From positions 32,001 to 96,000 of the IMG/VR virus record IMGVR_UViG_3300029288_007102: a stretch of DNA of 64,000 nucleotides; one strand, 5' to 3'. Position numbers and translations under genes: made by a program. The notes below the pieces were generated by a model. That model was not told where the DNA came from. It worked only from the letters and a program-made list of their open reading frames with translations, and searched no databases. The stretch comes from a virus (taxonomy: Duplodnaviria > Caudoviricetes). Shown piece by piece: positions 18,668 to 28,352 of the stretch (its first letter is position 1; each line of letters begins with the position of its first letter).

Positions 18668-19546
18668 ATGTATAGAAGTGGCTATGTAGCAAGTGTACGG
18701 TGTAAGGGCAAGAATTATGAGGGGGATACGATCCGTCTGCCGTTCAATGCAGAGTACGAACTTTTTCTCAAGAACAAAACAGATAAGGATTGTGTGTGTG
18801 ACATCTATGTGGATGGCAAGAGGATTGGCAAGCATGAGTTAATCATCAGGGCTCACTCAGACTATTTACTGGAGCGGTTTATAGGTGAGAGTTTAACATC
18901 CGGTCAGAGATTTAAATTTGTTCCTTTAACAGGAGATGAAGTCTCTGACAAGAAGAATCCGGAGAATGGGATTATAGAGGCAAGGTTTTATCCGGCTAGA
19001 AATTATGACTGGCGTACAGTGAAGAAGCCGGATCCGATAGTGATAGAGAAACACATCTATCATCACGAAGATCATTATTACCATCCTCCATATTACCATC
19101 CCAGGCCTTATCAGCCATATCCAATTTGGTATTATGTTGGAGATAATCTTAATTGGAATGGGACTATTGGTAGCGGGACAACAACAAATTGTACACTTGG
19201 GCTTGACAATATAGCGAGTGGCTGTTCCCATACTTTTGATTCTAATTCTCTTAAGTTTACCAGCAGTCTTGATTCAAAAGGCGTTGGCGAGAACGTTGAA
19301 ACTAAGTTGGCTATCCAACAGGAAGAGGCCGGGGCAACAGTAGGTGGGAGTGAAAGCCGACAGGTTTTTGGGGAAGCAGATATAGATGTGGACCGTAGTA
19401 TAGTTACAGTCATCAAATTAAAGATTGTAGGTTATTCAGCTGAGGAAGATATTGAAGAATTGAAAGGTTTTTGTGGCAAATGTGGAATAAAGATTTCTTC
19501 TGAGAATGATAAGTTTTGCCGCAATTGTGGAGAAAAAATAAAATAG
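18668..19546 (+). CDS. Hypothetical protein with C-terminal zinc ribbon
   Basis: AGGAGG RBS before ATG 18668; His/Pro/Tyr-rich linker; FCGKCG..FCRNCG. Confidence 0.7.
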   Translation: MYRSGYVASVRCKGKNYEGDTIRLPFNAEYELFLKNKTDKDCVCDIYVDGKRIGKHELIIRAHSDYLLERFIGESLTSGQRFKFVPLTGDEVSDKKNPENGIIEARFYPARNYDWRTVKKPDPIVIEKHIYHHEDHYYHPPYYHPRPYQPYPIWYYVGDNLNWNGTIGSGTTTNCTLGLDNIASGCSHTFDSNSLKFTSSLDSKGVGENVETKLAIQQEEAGATVGGSESRQVFGEADIDVDRSIVTVIKLKIVGYSAEEDIEELKGFCGKCGIKISSENDKFCRNCGEKIK

Positions 19547-19562
19547 GAAAGGAGAGAGGATA

Positions 19563-19697
19563 ATGAAAATTTTAAAATGGGTAATAATTGTGGTGGTGCT
19601 TATTTTAATTGTATGGGCAATTAAGGCAAAGGTTAATTCAATAAAAGTAGCACCAGCTGTCTCAACAGGTACTGTGGCAACAGAAATAGCGAAATAG
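19563..19697 (+). CDS. 44-aa single-TM peptide (MKILKWVIIVVVLILIVWAIK...)
   Basis: Hand-translated; GAGG RBS; below the ORF-track cutoff. Confidence 0.6.
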   Translation: MKILKWVIIVVVLILIVWAIKAKVNSIKVAPAVSTGTVATEIAK

Positions 19698-19831
19698 GAA
19701 GTGGGTGGAGGTAGTGAAGCAAAAAGTCCTCCTCACTAGTTGATTAATGCAGATCTGGCTTCCACCCCTCCCTTTTAACTGAATATATTGGTGAATGAAT
19801 TTTTGATTAATTCTTTTAAGAAGAGTTATAA

Positions 19832-20866
19832 ATGCCCAATTTTCCTACAACACTAGATGACAATGCTTCGCTACATGTAGCGAAGAATAACTTATATACG
19901 ACATTATCTTCTCAACTTCTGATCGGTGAGACTACCACTATGACAGTGGCATCTACTGTAGGTTGGGACAGTTCAGGATATCTCTCTGTAGACAATGAAA
20001 TCATCTATTATGCCACCACTGATGCAACTCATTTCTTAACTTTAACCAGAGCAAGAGACAACACTTCTGCTGCACAGCATGAAGTAGGAGCAGTTGTAGA
20101 ATTAAGACCTGTGGCAATGCATCATAATGATCCCAAGGATGCTATTGTTGCTTTAGAAACAAAAGTTGGAGTGGACAGTTCTGCTGTCATTACATCTTTA
20201 GACTATCAATTGAAAAGCTCCTCATCTGTAAATCCAGGTCATTTACATGACACATTACAGAATTTGACTTTGACTGGTGGAGCAGATAGTACAGCAAAAT
20301 TGTCTGTGGTTGCATCTGATACTACTCATGTTGTTGATGTGGATGTGATAAGCAAGAAACTAAAAGTTAATAATGAGCTGGAGTTTCAAACTGACTCTAT
20401 CATATCAAATTCATCAGGAGTTTTAACTATAGGAAGTGCATCAGCACAAACCTATTTTGGTCCAGATGGTGGTGCTACAGATCATCATATCTTTTTAGAG
20501 AATGGATCTATAGCTGAGAGATATACAAATTCTGCATCTGCTGTTGCAGTAGGACAAGCTGTTTATATATTAGCAGCTGACACAGTTGCTTTAGCAAAGG
20601 CTGATGCAATAGCAACTATGCCAGCTATAGGAGTGGTTGTTGCTACTCCTACAACTACATCTTGTTTTGTTTCTAAGATTTGTAGAATTGGTGGGCTTAG
20701 CTTTGCTTCTGCAGGGTTGAATGTTTATATCTCAACTGCAACAGCTGGATCTCTGCAAACATCTGTTCCATCTGGAGCAAATGCTGTGGTTCAAAAGGTT
20801 GGGAAATCTAGGAGCACAACAGATTTAGATATCAATATAGATCAGCAGTTTTTAGTTTTACAATAA
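19832..20866 (+). CDS. Tail fibre/structural protein
   Basis: NFPTTLD, DNEIIYY..TRARDNTSAAQH, AIVALETKVG; C-terminal DUF2190-like segment. Confidence 0.65.
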   Translation: MPNFPTTLDDNASLHVAKNNLYTTLSSQLLIGETTTMTVASTVGWDSSGYLSVDNEIIYYATTDATHFLTLTRARDNTSAAQHEVGAVVELRPVAMHHNDPKDAIVALETKVGVDSSAVITSLDYQLKSSSSVNPGHLHDTLQNLTLTGGADSTAKLSVVASDTTHVVDVDVISKKLKVNNELEFQTDSIISNSSGVLTIGSASAQTYFGPDGGATDHHIFLENGSIAERYTNSASAVAVGQAVYILAADTVALAKADAIATMPAIGVVVATPTTTSCFVSKICRIGGLSFASAGLNVYISTATAGSLQTSVPSGANAVVQKVGKSRSTTDLDINIDQQFLVLQ

Positions 20867-20878
20867 GGACATCTATGT

Positions 20879-23026
20879 ATGGCAAATCAAGAGATTGATT
20901 ATATGGAATATTCTACTGATGTATTAGCTCAGGATGCATATGTATCTGATGCTGGTGGAGTAGCTACAGGTGGAACAATAACTACAGTTGATGGAGATAA
21001 AGTTCATACATTTACTTCTAGTGGAACTTTTACTCCAGCAAATTCAGGAAATGTTAGAGTTCTGGTTGTAGCTGGAGGAGGTGGTGGTGGATCTCGTATT
21101 GGTGGTGCAGGTGGAGGTGGAGGTGTCTGCTATCAAGCAGTAAGAGCAGTAACAGCTGGTACACCTTATACAGTAACAGTAGGGTCTGGTGGAGCTAGAG
21201 GAACTGGTGCAAGCTCACTGTCATCTGGCACAACAGGAAATAACTCTATTTTTGACACAATAACAGCTCTTGGCGGTGGCGGGGGTGGAGCTTATGGAGT
21301 TTCTAGTGGTAAGAATGGTGGATCAGGTGGCGGTGGCAGCTATAGCAATACAGCTGCTGGTACAAAAACTCAAGGAGACTCTGGAGGAGCTACAGGATAT
21401 GGAAATAATGGGGGAGCTGGAAACAACACATATCTTTATCAAGGAGCTGGAGGCGGTGGAGCAGGAAGTGTAGGAGAAACAGTTCATGATAGCAATGGTG
21501 GTAATGGAGGAGCAGGATATTCAAGTGATATTTCTGGCTCTGCTGTAAGTTATGGCGGTGGAGGCGGAGGATGCTCAAATTCTGGAACTCCTGGAACAGG
21601 AAATGGCGGAGGAGGTAATGGAAGTTCTGGATCCAGCAATGCTTCAGATGGAACTTCTAATACAGGCGGTGGCGGTGGAGGAGCAAGGAATATTTCAGAT
21701 TCAGGATCTGTAGTTGGTGGTAATGGAGGATCTGGAGTTGTGATAGTTAGGTACACTCCTGTTGCAGATTATCAGTGCTACAGTGAGTCCACGATAAAGA
21801 CTCAAGGATCCTATTCTTTAAGGTGTGTAGGATCAGTTTCAACTAGTTTAAATAAAACTTTAGTTAAAACACTTTCTACTCATTATAATTTAGAAAATGT
21901 TATGTCTCTGTATTTTGATCTTCGTGCTAGCAGGACAGGTGGAAATATTAAGATTGGATTACACAATGCTCAGTCATCTGGTGGAACAATAACTACATTT
22001 GACAGATATACCATTCACACCTTTACTTCTAGTGGAACTTTTGTTCCCTCGGTGTCGGGTGACATTTCTGTTCTGGTTGTAGCTGGAGGAGGTGGTGGGG
22101 GCTCTCGTATTGGAGGCGGTGGTGGTGGAGGAGGAGTCTGCTATCAAGAGTCTAGGGCTGTAGTTGGAGGGACATCTTATACAGTAACAGTAGGGTCTGG
22201 TGGTGCTGGTGGAGTCGGGAAGAGCTTGTCACCAGGAACGACAGGAAATAATTCTATTTTTGATACCATAGTCTCAAATGGCGGTGGTGGTGGAGGAGCC
22301 TATGGATATTCGAATGGAAAGAGTGGCGGATCTGGAGGTGGAGGAGTCTACAGCAATAGAACTGCTGGATCTAAAACTCAAGGAGATATTGGTGGAGCAT
22401 CAGGATATGGTAATGATGGAGGAACAGGAAATAATAGCTATTATTGTGGATCTGGTGGTGGTGGAGGAGGAAGTATAGGAGTTTCTGTTAGTGCTGATGC
22501 TGGTGGAAATGGAGGAACAGGATATTCAAGTAGTATATCAGGATCTTCTGTTTCATATGGCGGTGGTGGTGGCGGATGTGGAAATACAGCAAATGCTGGA
22601 ATAGGAAGAGGTGGCGGAGGAGATGGCTCTGTATCTGGAGCGAGTGCTTCAGATGGAACTTCTAATACAGGCGGTGGCGGTGGAGGAGCAAGGAATATTT
22701 CAGATTCAGGATCTGTAGTTGGTGGTAATGGAGGATCTGGAGTTGTGATAGTTAGGTACCTAACTAGCTCACAAGCATCATCTGATTGTGATATAGAGAT
22801 AGCTCCTAGCATTTTGGTGGCAGACTCCTTTCAAACAGTTTATTTGAATTTGTCTGCTATTAGGAATGATTTTAAAAGCAATATAGATAGAATAACTATA
22901 ACAAATATAAATGCTGATTCTGATAATACTTTTTATATAGACAATTTTTATGCTATAGCAGGAGAAGGTCCTGTTGCTCATCGTATTGCTGGAGTTAATA
23001 TTCTTGGTGAACTTAGATTTATTTAA
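20879..23026 (+). CDS. Glycine-rich fibre/receptor-binding protein with tandem duplicated domain
   Basis: Two copies of HTFTSSGTF..VLVVAGGGGGG..GGSGVVIVRY. Confidence 0.75.
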   Translation: MANQEIDYMEYSTDVLAQDAYVSDAGGVATGGTITTVDGDKVHTFTSSGTFTPANSGNVRVLVVAGGGGGGSRIGGAGGGGGVCYQAVRAVTAGTPYTVTVGSGGARGTGASSLSSGTTGNNSIFDTITALGGGGGGAYGVSSGKNGGSGGGGSYSNTAAGTKTQGDSGGATGYGNNGGAGNNTYLYQGAGGGGAGSVGETVHDSNGGNGGAGYSSDISGSAVSYGGGGGGCSNSGTPGTGNGGGGNGSSGSSNASDGTSNTGGGGGGARNISDSGSVVGGNGGSGVVIVRYTPVADYQCYSESTIKTQGSYSLRCVGSVSTSLNKTLVKTLSTHYNLENVMSLYFDLRASRTGGNIKIGLHNAQSSGGTITTFDRYTIHTFTSSGTFVPSVSGDISVLVVAGGGGGGSRIGGGGGGGGVCYQESRAVVGGTSYTVTVGSGGAGGVGKSLSPGTTGNNSIFDTIVSNGGGGGGAYGYSNGKSGGSGGGGVYSNRTAGSKTQGDIGGASGYGNDGGTGNNSYYCGSGGGGGGSIGVSVSADAGGNGGTGYSSSISGSSVSYGGGGGGCGNTANAGIGRGGGGDGSVSGASASDGTSNTGGGGGGARNISDSGSVVGGNGGSGVVIVRYLTSSQASSDCDIEIAPSILVADSFQTVYLNLSAIRNDFKSNIDRITITNINADSDNTFYIDNFYAIAGEGPVAHRIAGVNILGELRFI
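21640..22759 (+). repeat. 115-bp exact direct repeat (21640-21754 and 22645-22759)
   Basis: Identical TGCTTCAGATGG...GTTAGGTAC at an offset of 1005 bp. Confidence 0.9.
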
Positions 23027-23036
23027 GGAGATATAA

Positions 23037-23735
23037 ATGGCTGGAGAAAGGTTTGCAGTATTCAATCCTACAACAGGAAATTTAGACGTGATAGCTGATG
23101 GGGACACTGTTCAGGTTACCACAATAGATTTGACAGCTAATTTAACTGTAGCAGGATATATAGGTAAAAAAATAGCTCAAGCTTTACATGGCTTTGTGGT
23201 AGGAAATGTTTTAAAATTTGCTGGTGGTGTTTATGCCAAGGCTCAAGCAGATACAGCTGCTAATGCAGAAGTTGTTGGAATGGTCTCAGAGATTGTAGAT
23301 GGAGGAAATTTTATTATCTCAACTGGTGGATATATAGCAGGTTTGTCTGGGTTAACAGCCAATACTGTGTATTACTTGTCTCCTTCTTCTGCTGGAGCAA
23401 TTACAGCAACAGAGCCATCTACAGCGGGACAAATATCAAAACCTGTTTTCTTTGCAGTTTCAACAGCAGCTGGATATTTTATTAACTATCGAGGAGTGTC
23501 TGTTAATAGTTCTACTTCCTATATCAAAAGTTTTGTGAATGGAGATCTTGTTGCTGGTGTTTTAACTGTGGCTCACAATTTAGGATATCAGTATCTTCTT
23601 GCTCAAGTTTATGATGATAGTAATATTTTAATTTTACCAGATGCTATAACACTAACAGATAGCAACAATCTTAGTATAGATTTGACAAGTTACGGAGTTT
23701 TATCAGGAACTTGGCATGCAGTGATGGGAGTGTAG
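23037..23735 (+). CDS. Fibre-associated structural protein
   Basis: AQADTAANAEVVG..GLTANTVYYLS; TVAHNLG motif. Confidence 0.6.
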   Translation: MAGERFAVFNPTTGNLDVIADGDTVQVTTIDLTANLTVAGYIGKKIAQALHGFVVGNVLKFAGGVYAKAQADTAANAEVVGMVSEIVDGGNFIISTGGYIAGLSGLTANTVYYLSPSSAGAITATEPSTAGQISKPVFFAVSTAAGYFINYRGVSVNSSTSYIKSFVNGDLVAGVLTVAHNLGYQYLLAQVYDDSNILILPDAITLTDSNNLSIDLTSYGVLSGTWHAVMGV

Positions 23736-23738
23736 TTT

Positions 23739-24143
23739 ATGACATTAAGAACAGGTATTTTAAATCCTTTAGGAAATGTATACACAGTTGATTGGGTTGA
23801 CTATTCTGGATCATCAACCATTATTGGCTGGCAAGTGGCAGGTAGGACAGAGAAGATTTATTATAAAAAAATAGGAAAATTAGTATTTGTTGCTTTTAAT
23901 ATATCTGGGACAAGCGATTCTGCTTCTGTGTCATTTACAGTTCCATTTACTAATAGTGTTGTTCCTATTCAAGGAGCATTAGGTCAATGTTCTGATGCTG
24001 GAAGTGATATCACTACTGCGTGCTTGTATTCTCTTAATGCAAGCTCTTCGACAGTTTCATGTTATAAGAATATGGTAAATGCTGCTTGGACAGGATCAGG
24101 AGCTAAATCAGTTGTTGGAAATTTTTGGTATATAATAACTTAA
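23739..24143 (+). CDS. Small fibre tip/adhesin-like protein
   Basis: YKKIGKLVFV beta-sandwich motif. Confidence 0.55.
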   Translation: MTLRTGILNPLGNVYTVDWVDYSGSSTIIGWQVAGRTEKIYYKKIGKLVFVAFNISGTSDSASVSFTVPFTNSVVPIQGALGQCSDAGSDITTACLYSLNASSSTVSCYKNMVNAAWTGSGAKSVVGNFWYIIT

Positions 24144-24154
24144 GGAGTTTAAAG

Positions 24155-24658
24155 ATGGGAAGCTCGGCGATAACAAATATTGTAGCAACGAACCCTCAGG
24201 CATTAGCCACTACAGATACGCCTATATTTGCCGGTGTTAATTTAGGTGACACCAGCTTAAATGATTATAAAGAAGGGACTTGGACCCCTAAATTGTATGC
24301 TGGCGGAGTAGAGATAACTTCATATTATTATCAGACTGGTTTCTACACAAGAATTGGTAGACTCGTGTATTTAAACTGTCAACTTACAATCAATCAGGTA
24401 GGAGCAGTAACTGGTGGGCTGACCATTCAAAATTTGCCATACGCTTCAAGCTCAGCAACAAGAAATAGGTCTGTAGCTGTTCTTGCTGGAACCTTTTTAA
24501 CAGGGCTTGCAGGACAGCATCTGTATGCCTACAATGAAGCTGGAACAACATATTATGATTTGATGTATATGAATGGAGCATCTGGAGCATCCTTAGATCA
24601 GACCTTTCTTAATCCAGAAGATACAACATTTTTTCTAACAGGTTTTTATATAGTATAG
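24155..24658 (+). CDS. Fibre tip/adhesin-like protein
   Basis: DYKEGTWTP, YTRIGRLV, NLPY motifs; AAGGAG RBS before ATG ~24155. Confidence 0.65.
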   Translation: MGSSAITNIVATNPQALATTDTPIFAGVNLGDTSLNDYKEGTWTPKLYAGGVEITSYYYQTGFYTRIGRLVYLNCQLTINQVGAVTGGLTIQNLPYASSSATRNRSVAVLAGTFLTGLAGQHLYAYNEAGTTYYDLMYMNGASGASLDQTFLNPEDTTFFLTGFYIV

Positions 24659-24726
24659 AACTCTCGTCAAATGAATAGAAAATGCTGTGACTTATCTTTC
24701 TGAAAGTGAGTTGGGGGTAAAGTGTT

Positions 24727-25032
24727 ATGGTGTTGAGCTGGAATCATTTTTGGTCAGATATATCTTTGATCATGTATATGCTGTCAGCGTTATTTTTCTT
24801 TATTTTAGCTAGTAGATTTTTGCTGAGCAACAGGAAAGAGGCAAGAGCAGTAGGTGTGTTATTTATGGCGGGAGGGATAAAGAGCATTTTGTATATGGTG
24901 TATTATGTATTCCAGGATGGTACACCTGCTCCAGTTTGGATATTTGCTGTTGGACACTCTCCTGTTTTAATATCTCTATTCTATCTTTTTTATGTGATCA
25001 CAGATAGTTCTAATATCTCAAAGGAGAAATAG
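24727..25032 (+). CDS. Three-TM membrane protein (holin-like)
   Basis: Three hydrophobic segments and a charged C-terminus. Confidence 0.5.
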   Translation: MVLSWNHFWSDISLIMYMLSALFFFILASRFLLSNRKEARAVGVLFMAGGIKSILYMVYYVFQDGTPAPVWIFAVGHSPVLISLFYLFYVITDSSNISKEK

Positions 25033-25034
25033 AA

Positions 25035-25418
25035 ATGGTAAATGATCTTGATGGTTGGAGAGAAGTTATTACAAGCTCGATTAAATCACTGCAAAAAACA
25101 GCAGAAGATTTGAAAACTTCTGTTATCATTTCTCAAGGAAATATTGACAAAGCATTTTCGAAATTATCAGACTGTCAGCAATCTCGTTCTGTTTACAGAG
25201 AAGGCATAGAAGAAATACTAAAGGAGCAGAAAGAGATCAATAAGAAATTTAATGATCAAATAAATGGTCGTGAAGGTCTTTTTGTTTTTATGGAAAAGCT
25301 TAGTCAATCAGTGATAGATTTAAAAGACACAGTTGATACTTATGTAAAATCTACATTTTTTAGTCTCATGGCTGCAGGAGTTTTAGGGATAGTTGGTAAA
25401 TATTTCAAATGGTGGTAA
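25035..25418 (+). CDS. Coiled-coil protein with C-terminal TM (holin/XhlA-like)
   Basis: Heptad pattern followed by FFSLMAAGVLGIVG. Confidence 0.5.
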   Translation: MVNDLDGWREVITSSIKSLQKTAEDLKTSVIISQGNIDKAFSKLSDCQQSRSVYREGIEEILKEQKEINKKFNDQINGREGLFVFMEKLSQSVIDLKDTVDTYVKSTFFSLMAAGVLGIVGKYFKWW

Positions 25419-25421
25419 GAG

Positions 25422-26336
25422 ATGGGAAGATATAATCAGAGTTTGACTCCTTATAACAAGGTCCCATCTGAATATAATTATTCAGAGAACACTTATAGCA
25501 AATCTCTTAGTGATAGCATAAGCATCACTGACAATTTTACTGATTTGGTGAGTTATTCCAGGACCCTTACAGATAATGTAGTGATTACTGATTCCCTGTC
25601 TAAAATAGCCGATTTTGTAAGACTGGTAGCAGATTCAGTAAGCATTACAGATAGTTTAATAGATACAGCTGACTATATTAGAGCAACAGCAGATGTAGTA
25701 GGTATTACAGATAATCTGGCTAGAATTGTCGGTTATGTAGTAACAATCGCCGATCATGTGGCGATAAACGATTTCCTCTCAACTGGGGAAATATACATGA
25801 AGTCGGTTTCTGACATAGTAGGGATGACAGATTCTTTAACAAAGACGGTTAATTCGGCAAGGACCATTGCTGATATTGAGGTAATATCTGATACTGTTTC
25901 CAGGGTAGCAAATGCCTTAAGGGCTATCTCGGACAATGTGGCTCTAAGTGATTTCCTCTCAACTGGCGAAATATATCTGAAGTCTGTCTCTGATACTGTT
26001 GGAATTACAGACAATTTGGATAGGACAGTTTCCTATGTTAGATTGATTGCTGATAGTATGGGAATGACAGATGACTTGGCAAGAGTAGTCGGCTACATAG
26101 TTTTCTTATCTGAAAATGTAGGAATAACAGATAATTTATCTTATGGCCAAGGATTTTACAGGGGAATATCTGATACAGTTGGAATGACTGACAATGTAAC
26201 AAAAGCATACCAAGCAATAAGGATAATTCAGGATCAAATGGGGTTATCTGATGCTATTGTGTACCAGTTTATTTCAGGAGTGCAAAGAAGAATATATCTT
26301 ATGGGAGATGACATCTTTATCAGAAGGAGATTCTAA
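25422..26336 (+). CDS. Repeat-containing fibre-like structural protein
   Basis: Many ~19-20-aa SD.VGITD.L repeats. Confidence 0.65.
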   Translation: MGRYNQSLTPYNKVPSEYNYSENTYSKSLSDSISITDNFTDLVSYSRTLTDNVVITDSLSKIADFVRLVADSVSITDSLIDTADYIRATADVVGITDNLARIVGYVVTIADHVAINDFLSTGEIYMKSVSDIVGMTDSLTKTVNSARTIADIEVISDTVSRVANALRAISDNVALSDFLSTGEIYLKSVSDTVGITDNLDRTVSYVRLIADSMGMTDDLARVVGYIVFLSENVGITDNLSYGQGFYRGISDTVGMTDNVTKAYQAIRIIQDQMGLSDAIVYQFISGVQRRIYLMGDDIFIRRRF

Positions 26337-26494
26337 TGAACTCTTGTCCTTCTTGTGGTAGTATGGAAATTAAAGATTTGGAATATGACGGGAATTCAGG
26401 AAAATTTAAGTGCAAAAAATGCAAGAAAATGTTTAACTGGTGGGCATTCTCGCAAACTATATTTACAGAAGAGGTAAAGTATGGCAGTAGATAA
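26336..26494 (+). CDS. 52-aa zinc-ribbon protein (MNSCPSCGS...CKKC)
   Basis: Hand-translated; TAATG coupling and AGGAG RBS. Confidence 0.6.
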   Translation: MNSCPSCGSMEIKDLEYDGNSGKFKCKKCKKMFNWWAFSQTIFTEEVKYGSR

Positions 26495-26642
26495 TTTTTG
26501 GGAAGAATTGAAGAATAAATTTAAAAAAGGTAAACCTGAAATGGAAGATCAGATGGGGATTAAAGATGAGGTTTCTTATGAACTATATGATGAAAATGGA
26601 AAGTTAAAGCAAACATCTAATAAGGAGGAAATAAATGAGTAA
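26481..26642 (+). CDS. 53-aa protein (MAVDNFWEELK...YELYDENGKLKQ)
   Basis: Hand-translated; GAGG RBS; overlaps both neighbours. Confidence 0.55.
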   Translation: MAVDNFWEELKNKFKKGKPEMEDQMGIKDEVSYELYDENGKLKQTSNKEEINE

Positions 26643-27144
26643 GAAAAGTATAAAAAGTAAAGCTAAATATCGGGTTGTTGGTTCATACATTCAGTATGAT
26701 AGTAGTGGAAATGAAAAGCAATCAGGTGATATCTGTAACTTAGTAACAACAAGTGGAGATCAATGGATTGCGGATCTTTTAGCTGATACTCCAACAAAGG
26801 TATTATTTACCAATGCTTATATGATTTTAGGTACAGGATGGGCTGGATCTGCTAAAAGTGATACTTGGGTAACTACAGGATATGCCGGTAATGGTAAAGT
26901 TATGGATGCAGCTTATCCTACAGCTCTGCTTGCAGTATTAACATTCAGGACTACATTTTCTGCTGGTGAGGGGACTTCTAATGGAATAGATGAAGCTGTG
27001 ATTGCGAGTGCAAATTCTGATGGAAGTGGTGGAAATCCTGGTGCGGCATATATACTTGCACACGGACAAATTACGCCAGAAGTAAATAAATCAGCAGGTG
27101 ATACGCTAGTTCTAACCTGGACTGTGACATATTTAGGAGCATAA
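26635..27144 (+). CDS. Tail/fibre structural protein
   Basis: NLVTTSG, LGTG, TFSAGEGT, EA, VNKSAGDTLVLTWTV motifs common in phage tail proteins. Confidence 0.7.
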   Translation: MSKKSIKSKAKYRVVGSYIQYDSSGNEKQSGDICNLVTTSGDQWIADLLADTPTKVLFTNAYMILGTGWAGSAKSDTWVTTGYAGNGKVMDAAYPTALLAVLTFRTTFSAGEGTSNGIDEAVIASANSDGSGGNPGAAYILAHGQITPEVNKSAGDTLVLTWTVTYLGA

Positions 27145-27161
27145 TAGATAAATAGGAATAA

Positions 27162-27193
27162 CCCAAGCTACACTATAAAATGTGTAGCTTGGG
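27162..27193 (+). terminator. Perfect 12-bp hairpin
   Basis: CCCAAGCTACAC-TATAAAAT-GTGTAGCTTGGG. Confidence 0.6.
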
Positions 27194-27227
27194 AAGAAGC
27201 TAATCTTATAAAGCAAGAGGTTTAACT

Positions 27228-28334
27228 ATGTGGATGTTAGCTGGTGGTATAAAAGTTCTTCCTTGTTATTTTGAGGACAATAACCAAGTGGCTGTGGTAG
27301 GTAAAGCACTTAATACTATCCATTTTAATATTTATTATGTGGATGGTACTACTAGCCTATTACACGATGCAACCATAGAGCTTGGATTGGGATGGTATGG
27401 ATATTCTTATACAGATACAGTTGGAGTAGATTTCATCTACAATGCAGTTGACACAACCACTACTTATAAGAACTTCCCTGGGGCTTTTATAGAATTACAA
27501 GTAAAATCTGTTGACAATGTATGGACAGATACACCGGGAAGAGTCTGGGCAAATGCCACTAGAACTTTAACCTCTTTTGGAACACTAGTAGCAGATATAT
27601 CTACAGCAGTATGGACAGCCACAACAAGAACTTTAACGAGCATGGGGACAATAGTTGCAGATATATGGAGCTATTTGACAACCAGCATAACCACATCAGG
27701 AAGTATAGGAAAATTTATAATAGATAAATTGAATGCACTTACTGGTGGTGGATCTACAGGATATGTGGTCACCATTCAATACTATGAGACAGCTACAACC
27801 ACGCCAATTATTCAGGCTCAATCAGTAGTTAGAACTTCTGACGACTCTGTGGTTGTAACACAGATGACCACTGGTGTTGATGGTAAGGCTATATTCAATC
27901 TCCCTGCAGGGACTTACCATATATTTACTTATAAGTTGGGTGTATACTCATTTACTCTTCCGGAAATTCTTGTGGTAACTGGGGCGACTTCGGTAACTTA
28001 CTATGGGTCTCCTTTTGTTGTTCCTTCCCCGTCTATCCCGGGAGTGTGTAGGGTATATGGGTGGGAATATAAGCCAAATGGGTTGCCTTATCAATCCATA
28101 TTGGTTACGGCCCAATTGCAGGATGGCCCATATTTTGCTAGTACTGTTGGGATCTTGGTGACACAATTGTCTACTTATACAGATGTAAATGGATATTGGT
28201 ATCTTGACCTAACAAGGTCAATAAATATGCTTCCAGTGGGAGCAAAATATCTAATTGAAATAGCAGAGCAGAATTATAATAAAGAAGTGACAGTTCCCGA
28301 TTCAGCTACAGCTAACTACAAAGACTTAACTTAA
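27228..28334 (+). CDS. Structural protein with VW..TRTLT repeats and Ig-like domains
   Basis: Repeats VWANATRTLT/VWTATTRTLT; TGVDGKAIFNLPAGTY; TDVNGYW. Confidence 0.6.
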   Translation: MWMLAGGIKVLPCYFEDNNQVAVVGKALNTIHFNIYYVDGTTSLLHDATIELGLGWYGYSYTDTVGVDFIYNAVDTTTTYKNFPGAFIELQVKSVDNVWTDTPGRVWANATRTLTSFGTLVADISTAVWTATTRTLTSMGTIVADIWSYLTTSITTSGSIGKFIIDKLNALTGGGSTGYVVTIQYYETATTTPIIQAQSVVRTSDDSVVVTQMTTGVDGKAIFNLPAGTYHIFTYKLGVYSFTLPEILVVTGATSVTYYGSPFVVPSPSIPGVCRVYGWEYKPNGLPYQSILVTAQLQDGPYFASTVGILVTQLSTYTDVNGYWYLDLTRSINMLPVGAKYLIEIAEQNYNKEVTVPDSATANYKDLT

Positions 28335-28352
28335 ATTTAAGGGAGGTTTTGT

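Noticed and set aside
20879-23026. Diversity-generating retroelement TR/VR pair
   Set aside because: No reverse transcriptase in the window, both copies lie in one ORF and the differences are not adenine-specific.
25422-26336. CRISPR array or non-coding tandem repeat
   Set aside because: Repeats are degenerate in-frame protein repeats, with no constant repeat/spacer pattern.
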